The notes beneath the pieces are model-generated. The model was not told the DNA's origin. It saw nothing but the letters and a program-made list of their open reading frames with translations, and searched no databases. A stretch of DNA of 64,000 nt from positions 44,764,001-44,828,000 of the forward strand of contig OY740783.1 in NCBI GenBank assembly GCA_963514005.1. Direction: 5' to 3'. Source of the DNA: Raja brachyura (lineage: Eukaryota). The translations under genes were made by a program, and so were the position numbers. This document shows positions 24,552-37,399 of this stretch, piece after piece; within the stretch, counting starts at the first letter, position 1; the number at the start of each line of letters is the position of its first letter.

Positions 24552-25409
24552 CTGTAAAATATCCATGCAAGTCATTTGACATTCCCTTCAGCTCTCAAGT
24601 AATCACTTTAAAATTTTGCTACAGTGCCCCCTGGTCTTAAGCTAAAGTTCATGCTAAAATAAAATTATCAAAATGGAACCAGGTCTCCAATGGAGCAGCA
24701 AGTAAGTACTTGGATATGCCTAGTTAAAGAATACTTTATGCAAGGTCAGTCTCTGAGGACGTTTGGAAATTGAATTAACAATTTCTGTTAATAGTATCTG
24801 AAGGGCTGGTGGACTGAAAGTTTGGGTACTTTTTTCTGTGTTTTTAAGCTAATGCACTTATTCATGTGAGGCCCCTTCCCCCACCTTAATACTGCTGTGC
24901 TAGATAAGGGAATAGTTTGGTTATCCCGTCACATTTGGGAAACTGAGTGACCATAAATATAACAGCGAGAAATTAGTCAATAAGCAGGATCCATCTGTCA
25001 TATCAGGCAGGAAGCCTCCTTTGCCTTGAAATTAAGATTCCTGTCATTTATATTGAGTTGCACCAGATACTGCGGTGTAAAATTTGTGGTATATCCTGAT
25101 TCATCGGAAATTGAAAAATTCTGATCCATTCCCACAGGAATGATAACATGTCATTGCACACTGAGAGTGGATTTAACCTGAGGTCAACATTTTTCTTCTA
25201 TCATTTAGATTATTTTGAGCTTCCAATCTGAGCAATTGTAAAGCTTACAGGAATATTGCAGTGGACCGTTCATTATTACAGATATTGGGGACTATCCAAC
25301 ATTTAAATTGGAAACCAGGGGACGTGTAATTGGGGAAGTTAAAAGAAAGACCTATGCTAAATGCACATCTGGCTTTTGTAAATGTAAATTGCATTCTGAA
25401 ATATTGTAT

Positions 25410-25720
25410 TTAGTTTAGGAATACAGCATGGAAACAGACCCTTCGGCCACCAAGTCCATGCCGACCAACAATCACCCACTCACACTAGATCTAGGTTATC
25501 CCACTTTTGCATCCCCTCCCTACACACTGCGGGAATTTACAGGGGCCAATTAACTGCAGATCTTTGGGGTATGGCAGGAAAATGGAACACCCAGAGAAGA
25601 CCTATGTGGTCGGAGGGAGAACATTTAAACTCCACACAGGCAGCATCTGAGGTCACGATAGAACCCAGGTCCCTGGTGCTGTAAGGCAGCAACTTTACCA
25701 GCTGCGTCACTGTGCCACCC
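25410..25720 (-). mobile_element. HE1-like V-SINE
   Basis: Reverse-complement homology to 15366-15655, ending in cactgtgccacc. Confidence 0.75.
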
Positions 25721-27425
25721 TAAATATGACCTTGTTTTGAATGAAAGCTCGATTCCGATAGGTCTTAGAATGGATTGCCAACTCAGTATTGATGTCCCTG
25801 AAATTTAAAAGATCATGAGGTTATGAAAAGGTGATGAATATTTGGAACTTGCATCTGCAAATGATAACTGACACTCTCTGAGCAATAGACGTATAAAGCA
25901 AAGCTAATAAGGGATAATGGGATGAAAGTGGATGTATGGAACTATTGTCACAGATTAGGGTTGAATTAACCGTGTGACCGAACAGATTCAAGGGAATAAA
26001 TGACCCACTCTTTTACATCATATTCTGCTTTCAGGTCCTATGCTTTGGTGGAAGGCACAGGAAACATCTCTGGGTGTCAGAATTAAATCTAGAATTAGTT
26101 TGTTGGTGACTAAATGCCATTTGATCTTGCCAATATGTGGGATATGAGCCGGACACAGTAGCGGACAGGTAGATCCTGTGTCCCATCCAATCTGCCCCAT
26201 ACCATAACCATTACAATTTGTATACACTCCATCCCAACAGAAGGCATATAGGTTACTGAATATTGCAGTAAAAACAATTACAATACTTCAAGAAGTCTGC
26301 AAAATTCTTCTCTAACCCCACAAGGAGATCAGGACCAGACCTGGAAATAATGCAGAATCTCCCAAAGTCAGAAACTGATTTGGATTCCTCAGCTTCAATT
26401 ACATTTCCAAAGTGGTGAAGATGGAGACAGTCCCACTGATGGGCCTACGCACAGTCTGGTGTGATAACGTGTCCTAAGGATACAGTTAAATGTCTGGTCT
26501 GCCTGGTGTAAACTAAACTCCAGCTGTATATTTGTTTGTTTATCCCTCCAGTTCAAGGGTTGTCCGCAAGTTTTTACTGAATAAGGTTTAGTTCATTACT
26601 GGTATCTATAGAATCTTGTTCTGGAAACATAACCTTCATGGGAAAAAAAGCGAATTGGTCGGGAGCTTTGGATTGGGAGGTTGTTAACGGCTTCCCCACT
26701 TTGGGATTATACACATTACAGAATCAAAGTAATATAACTCTTGTAAAATATTATTTTACTATTAAAATAAATTTCACAGTTTTAAATTGAATCATTGTTC
26801 TCTCCCAATAATACATTAATGTGTTCTTAGTTTTGATTGGAAATGCAAAGATATTTCTATGCTTTGCATAGGTCAGGCTATTAGTGCCAGGGTACAGTGA
26901 ATATGACAATATCTTAATGTGTCGTGTGTGCATTAGAAACTCTCACTGCCATTTCTCACGACAAAAGTTAATGAGTGCAGGTTGTATTTAACCATTTGTT
27001 CTTTTGCCTGTTAATCATATTATAAAAGAGTTCTTTTGGGCTTCATCTTTATATACCAGGAAAGCACATCCTCAAGCTAAATGAATCAACTTTTTTTGTT
27101 TGAGAACTGACAGAAGAAAGTTTCACTGCAGACAGGAATCATTTATAAAGCCTTTAATAAACCTCTCACTATTTATAACTCGGGCCCGAGAGGCCATTGC
27201 AACAGCTTCCCAAGGCTGTCTTTTTAACACAAATGTTTAGATCCCTTTGGAGATCTGGTAATGTTCCTTTTTAAAAGTAGAAAACTCATTTCATGCAGAT
27301 TGCTTAGCTTTCAGTTTTCATCCAGCCCACTTTGGACCTTGTCTACTCTGTAGAATTACCTTGAACAAATATACAAATCCAGCAACAAAAACATTACCCA
27401 GATCCTTAATCTCAGTGAAGGAAAC

Positions 27426-27710
27426 GAGAGATATTTAGACGGGGATGCAGAGAGATATAGAACAAACGAATGCAAGATATGCAAACAAGTAACAATTATC
27501 TTTTATGTTATATTTTACATTGTTGCTTTTTTGCATATCTTTCATTCATTTGTTCTATATCTCTGCATCCCTGTCTATATCTCTCTCCTTTCCTTTTCTC
27601 CACAATTCTCAGTCTGAAGAAGGGTTTCGACCCGAAACGTCACCCATTCCTTCTCTCCAGAGATGCTGCCTGTCCCACTGAGTTACTCCAGCATTTTGTG
27701 TCTATCTTGT
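27426..27710 (+). mobile_element. Penelope-derived pLTR fragment with inverted duplication and hammerhead-like core
   Basis: ~27426-27496 is an imperfect inverted copy of ~27519-27585; core CTGAAGA-A-GGGTTTCGACCC-GAAACGTC at 27614-27641. Confidence 0.75.
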
Positions 27711-28160
27711 CTATTTATTTGACTGCTTTTATACTGAAATGTTTTGGTTTATCATGGGTTTTACAGGGTAATATGTTTACATAGCTGGTGTCCTGCTGCA
27801 AGTAAGAATTTCATTTTTCCATTTCGGGACATATGACAATAAAACACTCTTTACTATCGATCTCCAGCAAAGTCAACAAATTAAGGAGATGCAAATGGAG
27901 TCAGAGTTGGGTGTTAGAATTCCAGAATATTATTCATTAAATAATATTTTTGGAATGAATCTTCATAATTCATGTATTATCAGCTGGGTTAACCAGCTAC
28001 TGAGAGAAAGGTTATTGCAAATACTTCTATCAAAATAAAAAAAACAAAAAAACAAACACACACAATACAAAGAGAATCTTACACCAGGTAAGAGTAGTAA
28101 TAATTTATGACTTTTACTACTGATAGCCGCAATAATATTCAGGAAAATTCTGATCACTAC

Positions 28161-28249
28161 CTTTCCCATGGTGTTGTATTCTACTGCTATTTCTCGAAAG
28201 AAGAAATAGATATAATCCTTGTAATCCACAGCCTGGACAAAGTAAGGTT
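28161..28249 (-). CDS. SEMA6A: SEMA6A coding exon 8 (89 nt)
   Basis: acag|AACCTTAC...AAG|gtagtg; EPYFVQAVDYKDYIYFFFREIAVEYNTMGK. Confidence 0.97.
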
Positions 28250-28743
28250 CTGTAACAAAATAAGGAAGCACATGTTTACTTATAGTTCAAACACTGAGTG
28301 CAAGTGGAACAAAACAAACAACTGCATTTAATACTCATGCCCAGTGTTTCTTCAGGAAAACTACTGGAGTTCTCAACGGTCGCATTTCCAAAAGCACCTA
28401 GTGAGACAGTTAATGTCAGATGATGCCGAATTAATAATTTCATTACCACTCTCTGCAGGCACTTTTATGCTGGAGGATGGATTTTAAATATCAAAGCTGT
28501 AATGTGACAATATAAAAACATTCCACAAGGAGCCGTGGAGTTTTTCTATATCCCATGATGTCCTGAGGTGTGCCTTATGAGTATTATGTGACACCACTTG
28601 GACTTGACTCAAATTAAACCACATACGATAACAATTAGTATTTTTCAAGTAAAATTAAAACTCCAAGATCTTTAGAAGTTAGAGATAATGGCTGTTTGGA
28701 TGCCAGACAGCAAAGCATTCGAACAACATTTTTGTTTACTCAC

Positions 28744-28863
28744 CTTTCAACCATTTTGAGTCATGTTTTACTGTCCGTAGTGTTGGACTTTCTCCAAGGC
28801 TCCGATATATAACAGCATCAATTGCAAGGAAGTCTGTTACAGTTGCTGAATAAAGCTTACCTT
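28744..28863 (-). CDS. SEMA6A: SEMA6A coding exon 7 (120 nt)
   Basis: ttccag|AAGGTAAG...AAAG|gtgagt; [40 protein letters not shown]. Confidence 0.97.
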
Positions 28864-30699
28864 CTGGAAAAATAGAACACAAAAACACGTGCTACATTAG
28901 ACAATGCAGCTTTGATGGGAAATATGCAGTAAATAGTTTGAAATTCCATCAGATAATTATATAAAAATCATTTCAGTTCAGGATATTTTGGATTTTTTCT
29001 TGGATACCACGTTACTCCTATAAGCAGCCTAACTTTTTACATTGACAAGTGCACTAGCATCATTCAAGGGTTTGTCAACACTCTTTTCTTCCCCAAACTA
29101 AATATTTTATAAGACCTGATCAAATTTCACTCTGATTCAATTAACTTCAAAACTCCTTCGAAGAGCAAGAAAAATAATTTTAAAATGACATTTATCACTA
29201 TAAACATTCATAGTCAATCATGGATTTGAGCCAGCTCTGGACCAGAGCAATAAATTATGTGCAATAAAGAACTGCAGATGTTGGTTTAAATCAAAGATAG
29301 ACACAGACTTCTTCTGAAGAAGGGTTTCAACCTGAAACATCACCCATTCCTCCTCTCCAGAGATGCGGCCTGTCCCGCTGAGTTACTCCAGCATTTTGTG
29401 TGTAATATTTAGTGTTATCTCAGCTTTCCATTGTACATCTCCTGCTGGATTAAAAACTATTCCTGAATCCTGGTCTAGATTTGTATTTCTGTGCTTGGAA
29501 TTGCTTTTGAGTAATTTCTGAGTTTTAATGGCTAACTTAACAGTAACATTTATTTTCACATAGAATTACTGCAAGCACCCACTGTGGTAAAAAACATCAG
29601 TAAATAACTTGTCTTTATGAAGCACTGTGAATATAAATAATTTGGAAAGGCACTTTACAAATGGGTATATGGAAAGTGAGCTTTGATTCAGAAAATATTC
29701 TCTAGGAAGGGTCACCAAATGTATAGCTGAAGAGACAGGACTAGTGAAGGTTTTAAAGTGTTGAGGATAAAGAATTGCAGGGATTTAAGGAAGTTATTTT
29801 TGAGAATCAAGCCCAGACCATTGAAAGTTCCGCCCATTAATGACGCAAGGAACACAGAATGTGAGTGTTAGGGAGACAAAATGCTGGGACATGTCAATTA
29901 GTATCTCTGATGATTATATTCAAAGTACTCAAAACCGTTACAAGTTAACCCTATTATTAAATAAAAGTAAAATGTTTGTAAAAATACTTAAACATGCTGG
30001 AAAACACTGTTCAATAAAAATATAATTTACTTGAAGCTCTTTTTGCAGCATTTCTCTACAGATCAAAACTCATGAATATTCACAGGGTAAATTGTTCAGT
30101 GCAGCTAGTTGAAAATTTCAGGAATTTGGGACGTAACCATTGGATTTCTTGAAGAGGCCAACAGTTGGATTGACAGTGATGATCAGCTTAAAGGGAATTC
30201 AGGAGCTCTGCTGGGAAGTGCCAGCTTTTATGCAGATTTATTTTCAGTCTATCATTGACTGATATGATGTGCCATGTGTGGCCATGTTTTGGCTGGGCAC
30301 TCAATAACCCCTGAGGGATTTGCAGTGCACTGAAAGGGACTTGAATGTAGTTCAAGATACCCCAATGAGGGTGAGAAATGTGAATCTAAGTATCTGGGAA
30401 TAAAGAAGTCACTGTAAATCTATGACAGCATGTGAGACTTTGTGTGGGATAGGGAATGAAGAACAACCTTTGGGATATTCTGAATTTTAGTGGGGGACGT
30501 GGGGTTTGGTAAGAGAATGAACGAGCACTAGATTGGGAACGTTTATCGGTAATGTATTAACTGCGACTACTGTGAAGGTTCCCATTGGAACCACTCAGTT
30601 ATTGATAGGTTGACTAAATGTACTGCTTTCTTTATGAACCCTCTGGTAAGGGAGAACGCATGGCTTCAGATTGAGAATACTCTTTGTGTGAGATCTATA

Positions 30700-31130
30700 T
30701 TTCATAAGTTCATAATTCTATGGAAGAATTAGGCCATTCGGCCCATCATTTACTTCGCCATTCATTCATGGCTGATCTATCTTTCCCCTTCAACCCCAGT
30801 TCTCTGGCCTTTGCCCCATAACCACTGTCACCCATGCTAATGTAGAATCTGTCAATCCCCGCCTTAAAAATATCCATTGACGGCCTCCACAGCAATGAAT
30901 TCCACAGATTCCCACCCTCTGACTAAATAAATTCCTTCTCATCTCCTTTTCAAAAGTCTCCTTTTATTCTGAGGCTAGACTTTCACACTAATGGAAACAT
31001 CTTCTCCACATCTACTCTACCCAGGCCTTTCACTATTCAGTACATTTCATTGAGGTCTCCCCTCACTCTTCTAAACTCCAGCGAGTACAGGCCCAGTGCC
31101 TTCAAGCGCTAATCATATGTTAACCCAATC
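30700..31130 (-). mobile_element. CR1/HER1-like 3' fragment
   Basis: cataagttcat...gaattaggccattcggcccatc tail plus RT C-terminal region in reverse. Confidence 0.75.
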
Positions 31131-31224
31131 ATTTGTGAGGGGAGAGCGAGGATGGGGGAGTTCAAAATAATGCATTTTGACTGAATGTTGAATTACCTAT
31201 CACAAAGTCCAGGAAGTTTCTTAC

Positions 31225-31318
31225 CAGCAAATAGTGCAACGTTTGCATGTTTTGGATCATACGGGCACCTTGCCATTCCACTGATATTGTCATCTCCAAG
31301 GACTTCCAAGGTCTCCAA
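31225..31318 (-). CDS. SEMA6A: SEMA6A coding exon 6 (94 nt)
   Basis: tttcag|TTGGAG...GCTG|gtaaga; [31 protein letters not shown]. Confidence 0.96.
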
Positions 31319-33499
31319 CTGAAACAAGCAAGGAGAAATCATGATGAAATTCCAGAACAAGTGATCATATTGTTCAAAACCTGTGAGCCTTGCATAATGC
31401 ATTTTACTCATCAGGGATGACCGTCTACCCCCATTTCTTCCATCCCAGCTTCAAAATATGCTGCTTTTGTTTTAAGAGCTAAAACGAAACAGTTTTAAAA
31501 TTTGTATTAAACCTGCCTCCGTGGTGGGTCTCATAGCTCAGCCATAGAAGGTTGTTTGAAATATAAACAGAGGGTGCAGGAAACACTCAGCGGGTTAGTG
31601 AGCATCATTAGAATCAGTTGAGCAGAAATATTGATCCCTTTTCACAAGTTCAGAAGTTATAGGGGTAGAATTAGGCCATTCGGCCCATTGAAACTCCGCC
31701 ATTCATTCATGGCTGATCTCTGGCTCCTAATCCCATTTTCCTGCCTTCTCCCCATAACCCTTGGCACCCATTCCACAGATGCTACCTGACCTGCTGTGTA
31801 TTTCCAGCAGCTTTTGTTATTTCAGATTTACATCATCAGTATTTTCATGATTCTCTTTTTTTATGTAACAGAAGCTGATAATTCAGTCCATTATTGACAG
31901 AAGATTGTTCAATGGAAGTGTCAGCTTTTAGATCAGATAAGAACGAAAAGACCCATCTGCCTCTGAAGCAAGGGTACACAAAATGCTGGAGAAACTCAGC
32001 GGGTGCAGCAGCATCTATGGAGTGGAGGAACACCAATATATTCAGAAGAACAGCATTATTTTCTCCAGTGTTCTGAGCAACCTTCCCAATACCACACAAA
32101 AACATATCCATGAGTCTTTCTCCTGTTGTTTGCTGACTATACAATACATTGTTTGCTTTGTTCATTGATAGGAATATGTCATTAGCTATGTTATAACTTG
32201 AAGAATTTAGGGCAAGTACTGCACAAAATCCAAATCATTTTTTGTTTTGAAGATGGGCCCAAAAAGCTGGAGTAACTCAACGAGTCAGGCAGCGTCTCTG
32301 GAGATCCTCAGATTTTATTGAGGGGTATTTAAATATGGAAGGGAATTAATTTGAGATTAAATGTAAAAGAATATCAAGGTGTTTAACATTCCAACACTTC
32401 TGCAGTTTGATTTAATGTAAAAGGCAGTTTATTTTACCCTGCCATCCCACGAGCTGCCTAAAAGTTTGGTTATTTACCTTGCTGCACTTAAATAAGAATC
32501 CAGACAAGTCACAAAGGAACGGGAAGATCTAATTTCAGACTGGTGGCCAGTCTGAGACATTTCTAAGGTATTAGTAATGGTAAAGAATAGAAATTGTGTA
32601 ATAGTATTCAGTAGATGGTCATTATTGGCCAATGAGCTAGCGCCTGAGCCTGCACTATTTCCATCAGTGGAATGGCAAATCAACAGGTGTGGTAATCAGT
32701 ATCCTTTATTCAGTAAAGCACATGGGGAAAGCATTAAATATTTGTATTACTCCCAGTGGCAAACCACTATGACAAAGTTGAGACACCAAAGACTTGCACT
32801 CATTTGGAATGCAACAAGTTTCCAAACTTTGATCCACATCACTGAACGTAAAGCAAAGATTGAAATGTAAAAGCCGGGATGAAAGAAGATCAGTATCACC
32901 AGGTTAGTTACTGTAGAAGATTCATCCGAAGAGCTGTTGTACTGACTTTCATTTCGCTAGATCAGGTAACTTTGATGAATATGATACCAACCTCTCTGTG
33001 AAACAGGACACCTTTTTGAGTATAATGCGCAAGAGTAGAAAAACAAATTTCAAGCCAAGTTGAAGTGACCACTTTCTAGGGCTGCTTCCAGGTACTAAAA
33101 CCCAGCAGCTGTCAAACCAATGAGCTTAACAAGTCTGTCTGCTCCTCTCTCGACCTGATGATGGCATTGACTGCAGATGTCTCTTTTCCTGATGTAATCT
33201 TCAATGATAATTGAATTGCCGTGGCTTCTCTCCAGAAAATTGTGGAAACCTGCTAGGCTTCTTTATATTTAAATTGTGCAGTTTGAGCTCTGCAGAATGT
33301 AGCAATGTCAAGCCTGCATGCTGTCTTTTTCTGATGCCGGGGTTTACGTGTTGCTGATCACGGGTACGGCTGAACTTCAGCCAGGCAGTAATTCACCTGC
33401 AAAAGCTCTGAGCATCTTGCTCATCCCCTCATTCTCTGCCCCTTACAACCTTTCCATCCCACAAAAATTCCCAGAACCATGCTGGGCTCATTATGAAAG

Positions 33500-34060
33500 A
33501 AAGATGCTTTCTACAACTTCTACCAACTACACATGCGACGCAGAAAGAATTTTATCGGGATGCATCACAGCTCCATCACAGTTTGGGAACAGCTCCAACC
33601 AAAACCACAATAAATTGCAGAGAATTGTGGATGCAGCCAAGACCATCACACAAAACCAACCTGCCTTTCATTGACTCAATTTACACTTTACGCTGCCTCA
33701 ACAAGGCCAGCAACCAAACCAAGGACGAGTATCACCCCAGTCACTTCCTCTTCTCCCCTCTCCCGCCAGGCAAAAGGTACAGATGTGTGAAAACGCACAC
33801 TTCCACATTCAGAGACATCTTCCCAGCTGCTGTTGGGTAACTAAACCATCTTATCAACAACTAGAGAGTGTTTCTGCGTTACTACCTACCTCATTGGAGA
33901 CTATCTTTGAACTATCTTTAATTGGACTTTACTGGACTTTATCTTGCACTAAACCTATTCCCTTCATCGTGTGTCTGTACATCATGGATGGCTCGAATGC
34001 AGTCATATGTAGTCTTTCCGCTGGTAGGTTAGCACGCAACAAAAGCTTAAATGCAACAAA
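33500..34060 (+). mobile_element. Rex1/Babar-like LINE 3' fragment
   Basis: TNYTCDAERILSGCITA..FGNSS..KLQRIVDAAKTIT and HPSHFLFSPLPPGKRYR motifs. Confidence 0.75.
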
Positions 34061-35454
34061 AGCCTAAACAAATATTTCATCAGGTTTTTTCGGAAAGAAT
34101 GCAGAAAGAAAGGATGACTTTGCCTCCAATCTAACTGTTTAAATTTCTTTAAAAGGAATGCCTGGATCAGTAATTATTATAAATGGGGACCATTTTTGCT
34201 TCACTCACTTGAAATCCATCAGTCCAGCACATTAGATATCCAAACAGCTTTACATTGTAAGTATCAGAACAATCAATCTAATTGTTACACTCTTTACATA
34301 ATATTTACGGATCATAAACAGGTCATTGTGACCAACAGATCCATTACAGTGTGTTGTGACTCTTCGTGAAAATTTTTTTTTTAATGCCTTTCCCGCTCAT
34401 ACATTTATCAAACTTCCTCTTAAATCCATCCCTGCTATTTGATTTTGTTTATAAATCAGTTGTAAGCATCATAGGCAAGAACAGTAGGTCCTGAACCTAA
34501 TAGAAATATTAATAACAAATATACAGTTCACGTGCCTGGTTCCGGTCTTGCCTACTTTTCTTATCAGTAATTTCAAAGACTTCCAGAATCTTAGAGACCA
34601 TTATCTCCTCACCCGCAACATTGCCTTTTCTATTCATTTATTCTTACAAGAAATAATCTCTCATTCACAGTGCAAGGAGACTCACAAGAATGACAGTCAC
34701 TTGTATCCCTCTATCCATTTTATAAATCAGAATTGTTCAGACATTTTGTATAAATGTAATACTACTTCTCTGCTCTCCAATTCTATCCCTCTGAGGGGAA
34801 GAAAAGTAATTTTAAGGAATATTTAGTTTTTTGCTATGTATTAACAATTTATTTCTACAATTACCAAAAAGTTGCAAAAAGTTCTTCCTTTTGTTAGAAT
34901 GCTCTTGTATATAGATTAATGTTCTTGATAATAATGCTCTTGTTATAATGCTCTTGATAATAGTTTGAAGATACAAAAAACTAATTTTGTTTTGACAAAA
35001 TTATTGCATCAAAAATTGGGGGGGAAAGGTGACTGTTTTGAGCTTTCACTAAGTTTTTTTTTGACTCTACATAGCTTGTAATTGCTTTAATCCGGGATTT
35101 ATTCACCAGAAATACATTTCAAACCACAATGAAAAGCTTGTCTGTATTTGGTAGAGTCAGTAACTTGATCTTAGTTCACTCGCTACCGAGGGCATTTATT
35201 TGAGGTGTTTGAAAACCTTCTTCCTTTGTAATTTTCTATCACCCCAAAATATCTCTCAAATTACCAGTTTCTTAAATCTGTGTCCACCATTGCCTTAACA
35301 ACAAACTGTTCTCATAAGCATCTTCTTGTTTAAGTACACACACTGCAACTATGCTCTTGATTCTAATCATCTTCCACTATCATATTGACGAGCATGAATA
35401 GATGTGAAAACTGGTTACAACAATGACTGACTAAAGTGAGAGGGGCCAATCAGA

Positions 35455-35885
35455 AACATAGATATAAACATGGAAAATAGGTGGAGTAGGCCATTTGGCC
35501 CTTTAAGCCAGCACCCATTCAATATGATCATGGCTGATCATCTAAAATCAGTACCCCATTTCTGCTTTCTCCCCATATCCCTTGATTCCGTTAGCCCTAA
35601 GAGCTAAATCCAACTCTCCCTTGAAAACATCCAGTGAATTGGCCTCCATTGCCTTCTGTGGTCGAGAATTCCACAGATTCACATCTCTCTGGGTGAAAAG
35701 GTTTTTCTTTATTTCCATCCTAAATGGCCTACCCCTTATCCTCAAACTGTCGCCCTTGGTTCTGGACTCCCCCAACATCGGAATTTTTTTTCCTGCATCT
35801 AGCCTGCCCAATCCCTTAATTTTATGTGTTTCTATAAGATCCCCTCTCATCATTCTAAATTCCATACAAGCCCAGTCAATCCATT
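35455..35885 (-). mobile_element. CR1/HER1-like 3' fragment
   Basis: ORF 35548-35946 contains EFRMMRGDLIETHKI..LGESRTKGDSLRIRG..FTQRDVNLWNS (CR1 ORF2 C-terminus). Confidence 0.85.
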
Positions 35886-36625
35886 CTTTCATGAAGAACA
35901 GATGAGTGTGGGATAGTACACGCATATACACAAACAACATTTTCAAATATACATCAAGAATTTGTGATTGATTAAGTTTGCATGCAACTATTTAATTTTT
36001 GAATCGGAGTAGCTACTAATGCAAAGTTGCAGGAAGTACCATAATACAGCACATTATTAAACAACCACTTTTTTTTCTTTTCTGGGACCTGAAAAGGAAG
36101 TATAACCTTTCAATCATCTCACATTTCATACCTCCTGCATTTAGTTTTGATACTGTTAATATTGTGCCTGTTAACATCGTATGCCCCTCAAAAAAATACA
36201 AGGTCAAATTGGATTGGTTGCATTATTGCTACGGCCCTTTTTACAAATGCCAATCTGTCACTCCATGATCCAAAGCTTGGATAGAATTGGTTTATACTGC
36301 ATTGGCCAGTTGTTATCTGAACAGATCTGAATTAAAAGACACTAATAGGCTGTGGCATGTTAAAATTGGATTGTCTCCTTTAAACACAACACAAAGCCAG
36401 ACTGTATACCTTGGACGGCATAAACATTCAGCTTAAATTGAATCCATATAATTGTTGTGTATCTATGGTCAAAGTACTTCTAAATACAGCATCTTTTTTT
36501 TTTACAAAACTCAGGAAATAAACAATCGATTTTACAATGTAATTCAGACAATGAATTGGAAAGAGTAACAATCACCTAACGTTGTTTCCAGCTTCTGAAT
36601 CAGAGAGGCTTATTAAGGAACATAC

Positions 36626-36727
36626 CTTGTAGTTTCTGCATGAAGGGTTAAACGCATTTGTCCCACAGACAAATAAGGTATCATCATTTCTCTTCAGAAG
36701 CACTTTAATGAAATTGTGGCATTCATC
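36626..36727 (-). CDS. SEMA6A: SEMA6A coding exon 5 (102 nt)
   Basis: ctttag|GATGAAT...CAAG|gtatgt; DECHNFIKVLLKRNDDTLFVCGTNAFNPSCRNYK. Confidence 0.97.
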
Positions 36728-37012
36728 CTAAAGCGGCAAAAAGTTTTTTGTTACAACCTGCTCACAATACAATTATGTTTCATTATTCAATTATTATAGT
36801 GCACTATATCTCCAAAACTGTAAGTACAACTGAACAGTAAGCTATTACTTTCCACCTCTATGAATTTACCATTGTAACAAATAGAGCCGTCAGCAGGGGC
36901 TCCCATTAGAAGAAAAAGCCGATGGTCAGGTTGATTGGAAATTGTGTTTTATCATGACAGACAGATAATCCACACTGAAGTGAAACCCATTAAGAAAATA
37001 TTGCCCACTTAC

Positions 37013-37075
37013 CTTATGTTTTCCCTTCATTCTACATATGTCTATATCAGCTTGTTTGGATCGCCAGGTTAACTT
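37013..37075 (-). CDS. SEMA6A: SEMA6A coding exon 4 (63 nt)
   Basis: tcacag|AAGTTAACC...TAAG|gtaagt; KLTWRSKQADIDICRMKGKHK. Confidence 0.97.
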
Positions 37076-37399
37076 CTGTGAATATGAAAGTAAAACAGTC
37101 ATTGAAATCAGAAACCATATTACATAACATAATTTTTTTAATAAATAATATTCAGTATTGTGACTGGTATGTCCAAAGTTAGTGTGGTTCATTTTAATTT
37201 CTGTCCCGTAGCAATTTCATGCAGATACATAGAATCAGTTCCACACATATATATAACTCTATCATCCCTAGCTGTACCATATCACCACCTGCTGTATCTC
37301 GACCTACGCATTGTCCTGCAAATGTCCAGAAGAATTGTCCAGCATCCGGAAATGTTGAGCAGAAATTTCCAAGTATATGTGGGAATGTTATGAGAATGT

